Positions 38,494 through 48,999 of a DNA stretch of 64,000 nt are shown in pieces. A program made the translations under genes and the position numbers. Numbering within the stretch: the first letter of the stretch is position 1; the number at the start of each line of letters is the position of its first letter. The notes beneath the pieces are model-generated. The model was not told the origin of the DNA, searched no databases, and was given only the letters and a program-made list of their open reading frames with translations. Source of the DNA: an uncultured Flavobacteriaceae bacterium (GTDB lineage Bacteria; Bacteroidota; Bacteroidia; Flavobacteriales; Flavobacteriaceae); assembly GCA_964353125.1 (NCBI GenBank), contig CAYGUF010000007.1, positions 28,671 to 92,670 of the forward strand, read 5' to 3'.

Positions 38494-39543
38494 ATGTCAA
38501 AATCAATTTTAATAACAGGAGGTGCGGGTTTTATAGGATCTCATGTAGTACGTTTATTTGTTAATAACTACCCTGATTATAAGATATATAATTTAGATGC
38601 TTTAACCTATGCGGGTAATTTAGAGAACTTAAAAACTATTGAAAATAAACCCAATTATACGTTTCTAAGAGCAGATATTACTGATGAAGACACCATTATT
38701 TCACTTTTTGAAACGTATAATTTTGACAGTGTTATTCATTTAGCCGCAGAATCTCACGTAGATAGGTCCATTACTGATCCTTTGGCATTTGCTAAGACCA
38801 ACATATTAGGAACCATGGTTTTGTTAAATGCCTTTAAACAAAAATGGCAAAATAATTGGCATGGTAAACGCTTTTACCATGTAAGTACAGATGAGGTTTA
38901 TGGTACTTTAGGGGCAACAGGTTTATTTACTGAAACTACAGCTTATGAGCCAAACTCTCCCTATGCAGCCTCTAAAGCAAGTTCAGATCATTTTGTACGT
39001 GCTTACGGTGAAACCTATAATTTACCTTACATTATAAGCAATTGTTCTAATAATTATGGACCAAATCAATTTCCAGAAAAATTAATACCGTTGTTTATAA
39101 ATAATAGTATTAAAAACAAACCGTTACCTGTTTATGGTGATGGAAATTATACAAGAGATTGGCTTTATGTTAGTGATCATGCGAACGCCATTAATACCAT
39201 TTTTCATAAGGCTGAAATTAAAGAAACGTATAATGTTGGCGGTTATAACGAATGGAAGAATATAGATTTAGTAAACCTACTTTGTGAATTAATGGATGAA
39301 AAATTAGGAAGGCAAAAAAACACGTCTAAAGCGCTTATTACGTTTGTTAAAGATAGGCCAGGTCACGATTTACGGTATGCTATTGACGCAAGTAAATTAG
39401 CTGCTAGTTTGGGCTGGAAACCCTCAGTTACCTTTAAAGAAGGGTTGTCTAAAACCATAGACTGGTATTTTGAAAACACAGAGTGGTTAAACAATGTCAA
39501 TACTGGTAAATATAAAAACTACCTTAAAAAAGAACAAAACTAA
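38494..39543 (+). CDS. rfbB: dTDP-glucose 4,6-dehydratase
   Basis: GGAGFIGS, DALTYAGN, HLAAESHVDRSI, VSTDEVYG, YAASK, RDWLYV, DRPGHDLRYA. Confidence 0.96.
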   Translation: MSKSILITGGAGFIGSHVVRLFVNNYPDYKIYNLDALTYAGNLENLKTIENKPNYTFLRADITDEDTIISLFETYNFDSVIHLAAESHVDRSITDPLAFAKTNILGTMVLLNAFKQKWQNNWHGKRFYHVSTDEVYGTLGATGLFTETTAYEPNSPYAASKASSDHFVRAYGETYNLPYIISNCSNNYGPNQFPEKLIPLFINNSIKNKPLPVYGDGNYTRDWLYVSDHANAINTIFHKAEIKETYNVGGYNEWKNIDLVNLLCELMDEKLGRQKNTSKALITFVKDRPGHDLRYAIDASKLAASLGWKPSVTFKEGLSKTIDWYFENTEWLNNVNTGKYKNYLKKEQN

Positions 39544-39548
39544 TTTAT

Positions 39549-40091
39549 ATGAATTTTATACCTACAATTCTTGAAGGGTGTTTTGTTATTGAACCAAAAG
39601 TGTTTGAGGACCAACGCGGTTATTTTTTTGAAAGCTTTAATAAGAAGCAATTTTATGAGCATACAAATATTGCTGTAAACTTTGTGCAAGATAATGTTTC
39701 AAAATCTAGTTACGGTGTGTTAAGAGGTATGCATTTTCAGACCGGTGAACATGCGCAATCTAAATTAGTGTCTGTTGCTCAAGGTAAGGTTTTGGATGTG
39801 GTTGTAGATTTGAGGAAAGATTCAGAAACTTATGGAAAATCTATAAGTATGATTTTATCTGACGAAAATAAAAAACAACTTTATATTCCTAAAAATTTTG
39901 CACACGGTTTTTTAGTATTAAGTAAAACGGCAGAATTTAGATACAAATGCGATAATTTTTACAACAAACCTTCTGAGTACGGCATAAATTATAAAAGTTT
40001 AGATATAGATTGGATTATTGCTGAAAAAGATATTATTATTAATAATAGAGATGGTAACCTACCGCCATTAAAAGAATTTATGAAACACTAA
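39549..40091 (+). CDS. rfbC: dTDP-4-dehydrorhamnose 3,5-epimerase
   Basis: FEDQRGYFFESF, FVQDN, GVLRGMHFQ, FAHGFLVLS, YKCDNFY. Confidence 0.96.
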   Translation: MNFIPTILEGCFVIEPKVFEDQRGYFFESFNKKQFYEHTNIAVNFVQDNVSKSSYGVLRGMHFQTGEHAQSKLVSVAQGKVLDVVVDLRKDSETYGKSISMILSDENKKQLYIPKNFAHGFLVLSKTAEFRYKCDNFYNKPSEYGINYKSLDIDWIIAEKDIIINNRDGNLPPLKEFMKH

Positions 40092-40954
40092 TGCAAAAGC
40101 AAGTACTAGTTTTTGGATCAAATGGTCAGTTAGGGAAAGCCATAAAAAGTGTAGTAGATAATTTTGACCTGCAATTTTTTAAATTTATATTCTTAGATAA
40201 GCACGAAGGAGATATTACAAACACCACCACATTAACTACTGTTTTTAGTTCATACAACCCAGCATACGTAATTAATTGTGCAGCGTACACCAAAGTAGAT
40301 TTAGCTGAAAAAGATAAAGAAACTGCAAACAAAGTAAATGGCATTGGATCAAAAAACTTAGCAGAACTTTGTAAAAAAAATAATTGTATTCTCATTCATA
40401 TTTCTACAGATTTTGTTTTTAAAGGCAATACGTTAAAATTATTAACTGAAACCAATGCGGTTAACCCTATAAATTATTATGGAGTTTCTAAATATAATGG
40501 TGAGTTGGCTATAGAAAAGGAACTGCCTACGTATTTTATTATCCGTACAAGTTGGTTGTACTCAGAGTTTGGGTCTAATTTTGTAAAAACTATGCTGCGT
40601 TTAGCTCAAGAAAAAGATAGTTTAGACGTTGTATCGGACCAAATAGGTACACCAACGTATGCTGTAGATTTAGCGAGCTTTATAATACAGATCATACAAA
40701 CCAAAAGCACATCTTATGGTATTTATCATTACAGTAATGAAGGCTTATGTTCTTGGTATGATTTTGCGAAATCAATTTTCGAATATGCTAACATTGCTGT
40801 AAACGTGAGTCCTGTTTTATCAACAGCATATAAAACCGTAGCCAAACGCCCAAAATTTTCGGTTATGAGTAAAGCTAAAACAAAAGCTACATTTTCTATT
40901 AGAATAAATCATTGGAGAACAAGTTTAAAGCAGTGTTTAGAGGAATTAAAATAG
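40091..40954 (+). CDS. rfbD: dTDP-4-dehydrorhamnose reductase
   Basis: GSNGQLG, NCAAYTKVD, HISTDFVF, YGVSK, IIRTSWLY, DQIGTPT. Confidence 0.95.
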   Translation: MQKQVLVFGSNGQLGKAIKSVVDNFDLQFFKFIFLDKHEGDITNTTTLTTVFSSYNPAYVINCAAYTKVDLAEKDKETANKVNGIGSKNLAELCKKNNCILIHISTDFVFKGNTLKLLTETNAVNPINYYGVSKYNGELAIEKELPTYFIIRTSWLYSEFGSNFVKTMLRLAQEKDSLDVVSDQIGTPTYAVDLASFIIQIIQTKSTSYGIYHYSNEGLCSWYDFAKSIFEYANIAVNVSPVLSTAYKTVAKRPKFSVMSKAKTKATFSIRINHWRTSLKQCLEELK

Positions 40955-41040
40955 ACATATTAATAGTGCATTCATAATGAATAAGGTGTTGTAAAATAAA
41001 ATTATTAATAACAACACATGCGCAAAAAAATATAAAATAC

Positions 41041-41835
41041 ATGAAAGGTATTGTATTAGCAGGAGGTTCAGGTACACGATTACACCCAATAACCAAAGGG
41101 ATTTCAAAACAATTGTTACCTGTGTATAATAAACCCATGATTTATTACCCTATATCTGTTTTAATGTTGGCTGGGATAAGAGATATTTTAATTATTTCAA
41201 CACCAGAAGACCTTCCTAATTTTAAAAGATTATTAGGTGACGGTAGTGATTTTGGGGTGCAATTTTCATTCAAAGAACAGCCAAGCCCAGATGGATTGGC
41301 ACAAGCATTTATTATTGGCGAAGCATTTATTGGTTTAGATGATGTTTGCTTAGTACTAGGGGATAATATATTTTTTGGACACGGATTTACAGATTTATTA
41401 AAGCAATCCCTTAAAAATTTAAAAGACGAAAAAAAAGCCACTATTTTTGGTTATTATGTAAGTGATCCAGAGCGTTATGGTGTCGTAAATTTTAACAAAG
41501 AGGGTAAAGCCCTTAGTGTAGAAGAAAAGCCTGAGCAACCAAAAAGTAATTATGCCGTAGTAGGCCTTTATTTTTATCCTAATAATGTTATAGAGGTTGC
41601 AAAAAAAATAAAACCTAGTAGTAGGGGAGAATTAGAAATAACAACCGTAAACCAACATTATTTAGATCAAGGAAATTTAAAAGTAGAGCTCATGGGAAGA
41701 GGCTATGCGTGGCTAGATACAGGCACACACGAGTCTTTACTTGAAGCTTCAAATTTTATACAAACCATAGAAAAGCGTCAAGGCTTAAAAGTAGCTTCGT
41801 TAGTAGAAATTGCATCAGCATTTGGTTGGATTTAA
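41041..41835 (+). CDS. rfbA: Glucose-1-phosphate thymidylyltransferase (short C-terminus)
   Basis: [60 protein letters not shown]; 264 aa. Confidence 0.92.
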   Translation: MKGIVLAGGSGTRLHPITKGISKQLLPVYNKPMIYYPISVLMLAGIRDILIISTPEDLPNFKRLLGDGSDFGVQFSFKEQPSPDGLAQAFIIGEAFIGLDDVCLVLGDNIFFGHGFTDLLKQSLKNLKDEKKATIFGYYVSDPERYGVVNFNKEGKALSVEEKPEQPKSNYAVVGLYFYPNNVIEVAKKIKPSSRGELEITTVNQHYLDQGNLKVELMGRGYAWLDTGTHESLLEASNFIQTIEKRQGLKVASLVEIASAFGWI

Positions 41836-41988
41836 TACTATTGTAAGTCTTAAAAAACGTATGTTTACCTTAAATGTATATTAAAACATTTTTATACTAC
41901 ATATTAATAAGCGAAATTTTAATAGTATTGCAAACTAAAATTTGCTATAGTAAGTTTAAATATTGTACAAAGAATTTATACAAAATAC

Positions 41989-43383
41989 ATGAAAAAAATT
42001 AATACAATTTGCTGTATTGGAGCTGGTTATGTAGGTGGGCCAACAATGGCCGTAATTGCACAGAAAAACCCAGAAATTAAAGTTACAGTTGTAGATTTAA
42101 ATGCAGACCGTATTGCAAATTGGAATGCAAAGGATTTAACAAAACTTCCTATTTATGAGCCAGGTTTAGATAAAGTAGTTGAAGAAGCTAGAGGCCGAAA
42201 CTTATTTTTTTCTACAGATGTAGATGCTGCAATAATTGAAGCGGATATGGTGTTCATATCTGTTAATACCCCAACAAAAACCTATGGTGCTGGTAAAGGC
42301 ATGGCGGCAGACTTAAAGTATGTTGAGCTTTGTGCAAGGCAAATTGCACGTGTAGCAACCTCAGATAAAATTGTTGTTGAAAAATCAACACTTCCTGTAA
42401 GAACAGCTGAGGCTATAAAAAGTATTTTAACCAATACAAGCACCGGTGTAAATTTCCAGATATTATCTAACCCAGAATTTTTAGCCGAAGGTACAGCAAT
42501 TTCAGATTTACATAATCCAGATCGCGTATTAATAGGTGGAGATCAAACAGAGAAAGGTATAGAAGCCATAGAAGCTTTAGTAAATATATATGCCAGTTGG
42601 GTGCCAAAAACACAAATTTTAACTACTAATTTGTGGTCCTCAGAATTATCTAAGTTAGTAGCAAATGCCTTCTTAGCGCAACGTGTGTCATCTATAAATG
42701 CAATTGGAGAGCTTTGTGAAGCTACAGATGCTAATATTGAAGAGGTCGCAAAAGCCATTGGTATGGATTCTAGAATTGGATCAAAATTTTTAAAAGCATC
42801 CGTGGGCTTTGGAGGCTCTTGTTTTCAGAAAGATATTTTAAATTTAGTTTATATTTCTAAGACATTAGGCTTAAATGAAGTCGCGGATTATTGGGAGCAA
42901 GTCATTATTATGAATGATTACCAACGTACACGTTTCACAAAAAAAATAGTAAATACATTATATAACACCGTATCAGGAAAAAAAATAGCGTTTTTAGGAT
43001 GGGCGTTTAAAAAACAAACTAATGACACCAGAGAATCTTCAGCAATTTATGTAGCCGACCAACTCATAAATGAGCAAGCAAATATTCATGTATTTGACCC
43101 TAAGGTGACTGCTAAACAAATGCAATTAGATTTAAATTACTTAAACACTAGAACCACTGAAGAAAATGCTGCTTACCTTACTACAGAAAAAGACCCTTAT
43201 GAAGCATGCAAAGGCGCACATGCAATAGCTATACTTACGGAATGGGATCAATTTATAGACTATGATTGGCAACGCATATATGATGCTATGGAAAAACCAG
43301 CATTTATATTTGATGGCCGTAATATTTTGAATTCTGATGCTATTGAAGCTATTGGTTATACATATATAGCTACAGGGAAATAA
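41989..43383 (+). CDS. ugd: UDP-glucose 6-dehydrogenase
   Basis: [57 protein letters not shown]. Confidence 0.94.
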   Translation: MKKINTICCIGAGYVGGPTMAVIAQKNPEIKVTVVDLNADRIANWNAKDLTKLPIYEPGLDKVVEEARGRNLFFSTDVDAAIIEADMVFISVNTPTKTYGAGKGMAADLKYVELCARQIARVATSDKIVVEKSTLPVRTAEAIKSILTNTSTGVNFQILSNPEFLAEGTAISDLHNPDRVLIGGDQTEKGIEAIEALVNIYASWVPKTQILTTNLWSSELSKLVANAFLAQRVSSINAIGELCEATDANIEEVAKAIGMDSRIGSKFLKASVGFGGSCFQKDILNLVYISKTLGLNEVADYWEQVIIMNDYQRTRFTKKIVNTLYNTVSGKKIAFLGWAFKKQTNDTRESSAIYVADQLINEQANIHVFDPKVTAKQMQLDLNYLNTRTTEENAAYLTTEKDPYEACKGAHAIAILTEWDQFIDYDWQRIYDAMEKPAFIFDGRNILNSDAIEAIGYTYIATGK

Positions 43384-43578
43384 TAAGCGGTTATTTAATT
43401 TATAAGCAAATAACAATTCGTTGCTATAAACTTTAATGAATTTTCGGTTAATAGTTTAAAAACCAATAATAACTTTAGTTTATAACGTTTTTAAGATTGG
43501 TATGAAGTGAATTGTAATAATTAAAATATATTTGCAAATATATTTATAAATGCATATACAAATAGTTTAGATAAATTA

Positions 43579-44562
43579 ATGAGTGTTCAAATTTCAAATC
43601 AAAAAATATTAGTAACTGGAGGTGCGGGTTTTATAGGGTCTAATCTTTGTGAAACTTTACTTAATACTAACAACACTGTTGTTTGTTTAGACAATTTTGC
43701 AACCGGAAAAAGAGAAAATGTAATAGCTTTTAAAGATCATAAGAATTTTACTTTAATTGAAGGTGATATTAGAAATTTAGACGATTGCCTAAAAGCAACA
43801 TCTGATGTGGATTATGTATTGCATCAAGCAGCATTAGGTTCTGTGCCACGCTCTATTAAAGATCCAATCACATCAAATGAGGTTAATGTATCAGGGTTTT
43901 TAAACATGCTAACAGCTTCAAGAGATAATAACATTAAACGCTTTGTATACGCAGCAAGTTCTTCAACCTATGGAGATTCTGAAGCATTGCCAAAAGTAGA
44001 AGCTGTTATTGGCAAACCACTTTCTCCCTATGCAATAACAAAATACGTTAACGAGTTGTACGCAGATATTTTTTCTAAATCCTATGGTTTAGAAACTATT
44101 GGTTTGCGTTACTTTAATGTTTTTGGAAGAAAACAAGACCCAAACGGAGCGTACGCAGCGGTAATTCCATTATTTGTAAAACAACTTATGAATATAGAAT
44201 CACCAACAATAAATGGTGATGGTAATTATTCTAGAGATTTTACTTACATAGATAATGTTATTCAGGCCAATATTTTAAGCCTACAAACTAAAGATATAAA
44301 TGCCCTAAATACGGTATATAACGTTGCTTTTGGGGATAGAAACACATTAAATGATTTAATGGGACATCTCAAAGCATACCTTTCAGAATATAACCCAAAA
44401 ATAAAAAATATCCCCGTAATTAATGGTCCAAATAGACAAGGGGATATACCACATTCGCATGCTAGTGTGGATAAAGCTAAGAAATTATTAAACTACAACC
44501 CACAGTATTCTTTACAAAAAGGCTTAAAAGAAGCCGTAAAGTGGTATTGGGAAAATTTATAA
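43579..44562 (+). CDS. UDP-GlcNAc(A) 4-epimerase, TviC/WbpP-like extended SDR
   Basis: GGAGFIGS, HQAALGSVPRS, AASSSTYGD, SPYAITK, LRYFNVFG.RQDPNGAYAAVIP. Confidence 0.88.
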   Translation: MSVQISNQKILVTGGAGFIGSNLCETLLNTNNTVVCLDNFATGKRENVIAFKDHKNFTLIEGDIRNLDDCLKATSDVDYVLHQAALGSVPRSIKDPITSNEVNVSGFLNMLTASRDNNIKRFVYAASSSTYGDSEALPKVEAVIGKPLSPYAITKYVNELYADIFSKSYGLETIGLRYFNVFGRKQDPNGAYAAVIPLFVKQLMNIESPTINGDGNYSRDFTYIDNVIQANILSLQTKDINALNTVYNVAFGDRNTLNDLMGHLKAYLSEYNPKIKNIPVINGPNRQGDIPHSHASVDKAKKLLNYNPQYSLQKGLKEAVKWYWENL

Positions 44563-44565
44563 AAA

Positions 44566-45852
44566 ATGAATCAACCAAAAATTGCTATTATTGGACTAGG
44601 CTATGTGGGTTTGCCTTTAGCACGGCTTTTTGCAACTAAATATGCTGTAGTAGGTTTTGATATTAATCAAAATCGTGTTGCAGCATTAATGTCTGGTTCA
44701 GACGCTACATTAGAAGTGGAAGATGAAATCCTCCAAGCTGTTCTTTTAGACAGCCCTGGTGAAGCTAAAAATGGCTTGTATTGTACTACTAATGTCAATG
44801 ATATAGCGAGTTGTAATTATTACATTATTACGGTGCCAACTCCAGTAGATAAAAACAACAGACCTGTTTTAACCCCTTTAATAAAAGCAAGCGAAACTGT
44901 TGGTAACGTGCTTAAAAATGGTGACATAGTTGTTTATGAATCCACAGTTTATCCTGGGGCAACAGAAGAAGAATGTATTCCGGTATTAGAAAAAATTTCT
45001 GGATTAAAATTTAATACGGATTTCTTTGGGGGCTATTCACCAGAACGTATAAATCCTGGTGATAAAGAACACACCGTCGAGAAAATATTAAAAGTAACAT
45101 CGGGTTCTACTCCAGAAATTGGAAAAAAAGTTGATGCACTTTACAAATCTGTAATTACTGCAGGGACGCATTTAGCTCCAACGATTAAAGTTGCTGAAGC
45201 TGCAAAAGTGATTGAAAACTCCCAACGCGATATCAACATTGCTTTTGTTAATGAACTTGCTAAAATATTTGGTTTAATGGGTATTAATACCCATGATGTA
45301 TTAGAGGCAGCTGGTACAAAATGGAATTTTTTACCATTTAAACCTGGCTTAGTTGGTGGGCATTGTATTGGCGTAGACCCTTATTATTTAGCACAAAAAG
45401 CTCAAGAATATGGCTATCACCCTGAAATTATTTTAGCAGGAAGACGATTAAATGATAGCATGGGAGAATATGTTGCTAATGAGGTTATTAAACTCATGAT
45501 TAAAAAAGACATTAGAATTAATCAGGCAAACATTTTGGTATTAGGTATTACATTTAAAGAAAATTGTCCAGATGTAAGAAATACTAAATCCATAGATGTT
45601 ATTAGAGAGCTTGAAGCTTTTAGCACCAATGTTACCGTTTTTGATCCGTGGGCTAATAAAGAAGACGTAATCCATGAGTATGACTTAGAGATTTGTAATA
45701 CACTTCCAAATCAAAAATTTGATGCCATTGTTTTAACAGTAGCCCATAACGAATTTATGGAATTAGATTTAAAATCTATTGTGAATACAAACCGTGTTAT
45801 TTATGATTGTAAAGGTGTTTTGGTTAGTGATATTATAGATGCGATATTGTAG
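44566..45852 (+). CDS. UDP-N-acetylhexosamine 6-dehydrogenase, TviB/WbpO-like
   Basis: GLGYVGLPLA, YESTVYPG, YSPERINPGD, EAAKVIENSQRD, GLVGGHCIGVDP, FKENCPDVRN. Confidence 0.9.
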   Translation: MNQPKIAIIGLGYVGLPLARLFATKYAVVGFDINQNRVAALMSGSDATLEVEDEILQAVLLDSPGEAKNGLYCTTNVNDIASCNYYIITVPTPVDKNNRPVLTPLIKASETVGNVLKNGDIVVYESTVYPGATEEECIPVLEKISGLKFNTDFFGGYSPERINPGDKEHTVEKILKVTSGSTPEIGKKVDALYKSVITAGTHLAPTIKVAEAAKVIENSQRDINIAFVNELAKIFGLMGINTHDVLEAAGTKWNFLPFKPGLVGGHCIGVDPYYLAQKAQEYGYHPEIILAGRRLNDSMGEYVANEVIKLMIKKDIRINQANILVLGITFKENCPDVRNTKSIDVIRELEAFSTNVTVFDPWANKEDVIHEYDLEICNTLPNQKFDAIVLTVAHNEFMELDLKSIVNTNRVIYDCKGVLVSDIIDAIL

Positions 45853-45916
45853 TTTTTTATTGTATAGTCCTATTGTTTTAAATATATTAGGTGTTAATTT
45901 AATTTCGCTACTAATA

Positions 45917-46936
45917 TTATTTAAGCTTTCTTTTTTCAGTAAAATAATCTTTCCGAAGTGCGCTACTGCTAATAAATTTTATACCTACTAAAAAACTAAA
46001 CCAGGTGTTTTTAATAAATTCTAAAATCCGTAATTCATAATAACTAAACTTTATGTGTAACAACTTAAATAAAAAGTATTTAGTTTTTAGTGATTTATGA
46101 GTTGTATTAGGTTCAGTTAATATATGAAGCTTGTTAAAATAATCTGTAATAAATTTATTTTTTGTAGCTAACATATCATTTACCAAGTGTTGTTCAGACA
46201 AGAGAAATACATCAAAGACACTTCTTAAAGATATAGTATTGTAATAATAGCCAAAGTCATTAAGTTGGGAATTAAAAATAACATGCAGTAACAGATTTTT
46301 TCTACTACCAATACATATGCCATTTGTAGTTACTTTTGTCTTTAAATAATTTTCAGCATTAAACAGCTTGTTTTCGCCTTTATATAACAAGCGTTTATGT
46401 AATTCAATTGCACCTATTTTATTAGGATGCACAAGACGTGCAGAATGATGTGCATTAAGATGTTTATACGGAATATGAGATTCAATAGCTTGATAACCAA
46501 TGTTTAGTAATACTGAGTTGGCGCGTTCTATCTGGTTTTCAGGTATCAGTACATCAATATCGCCAACCATACGTTCCCCACTATGTGTTAGGTAATTAGA
46601 AACTAATACTGCGGCACCTTTAGTAAACACATAATTAATATTGTTTTTAGTGAAGCGTTGGCTTAAAAATTTTATTTCATTAATAAGTGTATTATTTCTT
46701 TGGGTATTAAGCTGGGCTATTTCGTGGAGGTATGCCACAAAATCTTCTGGTAATTCTTTTAATATTTTTTTTTCTTTAAAAGCAAAGTAAATAGCTGGCA
46801 CAATAAGTTCTGCACTAGCATATCTAACTAGCATTTCAAAATCAATAGCATTAGAGCTTAAAATACTTTTTAGTTCTTCTAAAGAAAACTCAGAATTTAG
46901 AATTTTTGCAATGTTTATAAAAGTTTGGTATTTCAT
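45917..46936 (-). CDS. Uncharacterised nucleotidyltransferase (NTP_transf_5-like)
   Basis: Helical N-terminus (N..RN), TKGAAVL...Y...GERMVGDIDVLI, IELH. Confidence 0.8.
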   Translation of the reverse strand: MKYQTFINIAKILNSEFSLEELKSILSSNAIDFEMLVRYASAELIVPAIYFAFKEKKILKELPEDFVAYLHEIAQLNTQRNNTLINEIKFLSQRFTKNNINYVFTKGAAVLVSNYLTHSGERMVGDIDVLIPENQIERANSVLLNIGYQAIESHIPYKHLNAHHSARLVHPNKIGAIELHKRLLYKGENKLFNAENYLKTKVTTNGICIGSRKNLLLHVIFNSQLNDFGYYYNTISLRSVFDVFLLSEQHLVNDMLATKNKFITDYFNKLHILTEPNTTHKSLKTKYFLFKLLHIKFSYYELRILEFIKNTWFSFLVGIKFISSSALRKDYFTEKRKLK

Positions 46937-47659
46937 TAAGTTAGATTATTATAAATTAAAAAGAACTTACTAATATTACTGGTTTTAATTTATAGTTTTA
47001 ATTTAAATAGAAAGTCTTTTAGTCAATTTAACACCGTCGATGATCTATATTACTACAATAGGGAAAGTGATTATTGATTTTATTGTTTAGTAAAAATGAT
47101 ATAGAACATTTATATAGTATTAACATAAAACAACGTAAAGTTAGTTATTAATAAGCGCAATAATCAAGAGCTGTAAAAAATCTTTGTAGTTTATATAATT
47201 CAAACCAAAGCTATAGTGCTAGTCAATTTTTAATTAGATTTGTAAAGTTAATTGAAATACAAACAATTGAAGCTTAATTATGTCAACTAAGAAATCACTA
47301 CTAATGATTAGTGGATCAAAATTTTATAGCAAGTTGCATATTATTTTTATAATATTGTGATATGACATAAAACTCTCAAGGAAAACATTTTTTTAATAAA
47401 GCTTTTGTTTTTAGAATATGAAGTCATATTTCTTAGGGTTTACCTTCATCAATTTGTGTGGTTGATAATTTTTTAAGACAAGCCTTCAAACTATTGATGT
47501 TTTTAGGTTCATGTTATTGTTAATAAAATTCTTCTCACGAATTTAAATATTTAATCTATGCCCAAAAATTATAAAGCAAAAAAGATTTAGAAGTGCAATA
47601 AATTATCATTTATTAAGAGCTTTATTTTTAGCGAAAGTTATATTTAATTAAAAATCAAA

Positions 47660-48937
47660 ATGAGTAAAAATTTAAATTATAAAATTTTGTCTTTAGGTAC
47701 TGGTCAGTCAAATTTTTTATCAACACTTTATGCTGATTTAAAAGCGATTATGCCTAATTTAGAAATTGATATTGACGGGTATTTTGATATATCTAAAGAA
47801 GTAACTGTACAAAATGATAAGACATTTACTAATTACAAGAATTTTAATCAATTTGAAGATTTAAAACTTAAGTCTTTAGTAATTTCGTTCATAACAATAT
47901 GGTTTTACTCTTTTTTTTGGAAAGTTTTTATTCACGAAATCTTTACTAAAAAAAAAATCATACATAAATTTAAAATTGTTATAAAGCAAGTATATTATTT
48001 AGCTACTGTTAAAAATAAAATTTTACCATTAAAACATGATCTTTATCATTTTCAATTTTGTAAATCGTATAATTTGCGATTTATTCATTACCTACCATTA
48101 AATAAAAAAAGTATATGTAGTTTTTGGGGTTCAGATTTATATAGGATGAACCATAAAGATGATATTTTTTACGTTAAAGAAGCTTTAAAAAAAACAGACA
48201 TAATAACAATACAAACCCCAGAAATGGGATATGATTTATTAAAAAAATACGGTAATCAATTTAAAGATAAAATTACTTACGCTCAATTTTCCTTAGATAG
48301 AAATATTTTCGAATATATAGACTCAAATAGTAATAATGAAATTAAACAAAACGAACTTAAGACTAAGTTAGGGATAAATAATAAAAATACTGTAATTACC
48401 ATAGCTTATAATGCATTTGAAGCTAATAATCATTTAAAGATTATAGAACAATTATCATTACTTCCAAAAGAGATTAAATCTAATTTGTCAATTATACTAC
48501 CACTAGCATATGGTAAATCTAATACATATTTAAAAAAAATAGATAATTGTATTTCTCAAAATAAAGACTTACACATTATTAAATACGAAAAATTTTTAAA
48601 TCAAAACGAAATATCCATACTTAGATTGATAACAGATATCCAAATACAAATGCCTGTAAGTGATGCTTTAAGCAGCTCAGTTACAGAAGTAATGTATGCA
48701 GGTAATATAGTATTGGCAGCTTCTTGGTTGCCTTATGATATCTTTGAAAGATTAGGGATTTATTTTAGAAGAATAAAATCATTTGAAGATATAGTGCCTG
48801 AAATTAAAACTATACTATCCCAAATTGGGGAAAAGAAAAACTATAAAAAAAACAAAAAAATAATACTCGAAAATTTTTTCTCAGATGTTACAATAAAACC
48901 TTGGGTAAAAATTTATAAAAGTTTACTCAGTCAATAA
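47660..48937 (+). CDS. Putative GT-B glycosyltransferase (WecF/GT4-like)
   Basis: SFWGSDLY, AYNA..ANNH, LPLAYG, SDALSSSVTEVMYAG; first gene of the polysaccharide repeat-unit block. Confidence 0.6.
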   Translation: MSKNLNYKILSLGTGQSNFLSTLYADLKAIMPNLEIDIDGYFDISKEVTVQNDKTFTNYKNFNQFEDLKLKSLVISFITIWFYSFFWKVFIHEIFTKKKIIHKFKIVIKQVYYLATVKNKILPLKHDLYHFQFCKSYNLRFIHYLPLNKKSICSFWGSDLYRMNHKDDIFYVKEALKKTDIITIQTPEMGYDLLKKYGNQFKDKITYAQFSLDRNIFEYIDSNSNNEIKQNELKTKLGINNKNTVITIAYNAFEANNHLKIIEQLSLLPKEIKSNLSIILPLAYGKSNTYLKKIDNCISQNKDLHIIKYEKFLNQNEISILRLITDIQIQMPVSDALSSSVTEVMYAGNIVLAASWLPYDIFERLGIYFRRIKSFEDIVPEIKTILSQIGEKKNYKKNKKIILENFFSDVTIKPWVKIYKSLLSQ

Positions 48938-48999
48938 TTATTTAAAATACAATAATAAAAAATAATAGTAATTTTTAAAATATTGACGTTAAAAAATTA

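Noticed and set aside
43497-43515. Second sigma54-like TTGGTATG upstream of the epimerase
   Set aside because: The downstream TTG is 2 nt out of -24/-12 register, and a primary-sigma TATATTTG (43527-43534) explains the promoter better.
38286-47659. Lasso/RiPP precursor peptide in the intergenic gaps near the kinase or nucleotidyltransferase
   Set aside because: Frames I checked (e.g. a 26-aa ORF from 47280 and a start-less minus-strand fragment near 47430-47510) lack a lasso-like leader Thr and Gly...Asp/Glu core; a precursor elsewhere in the genome is not excluded.
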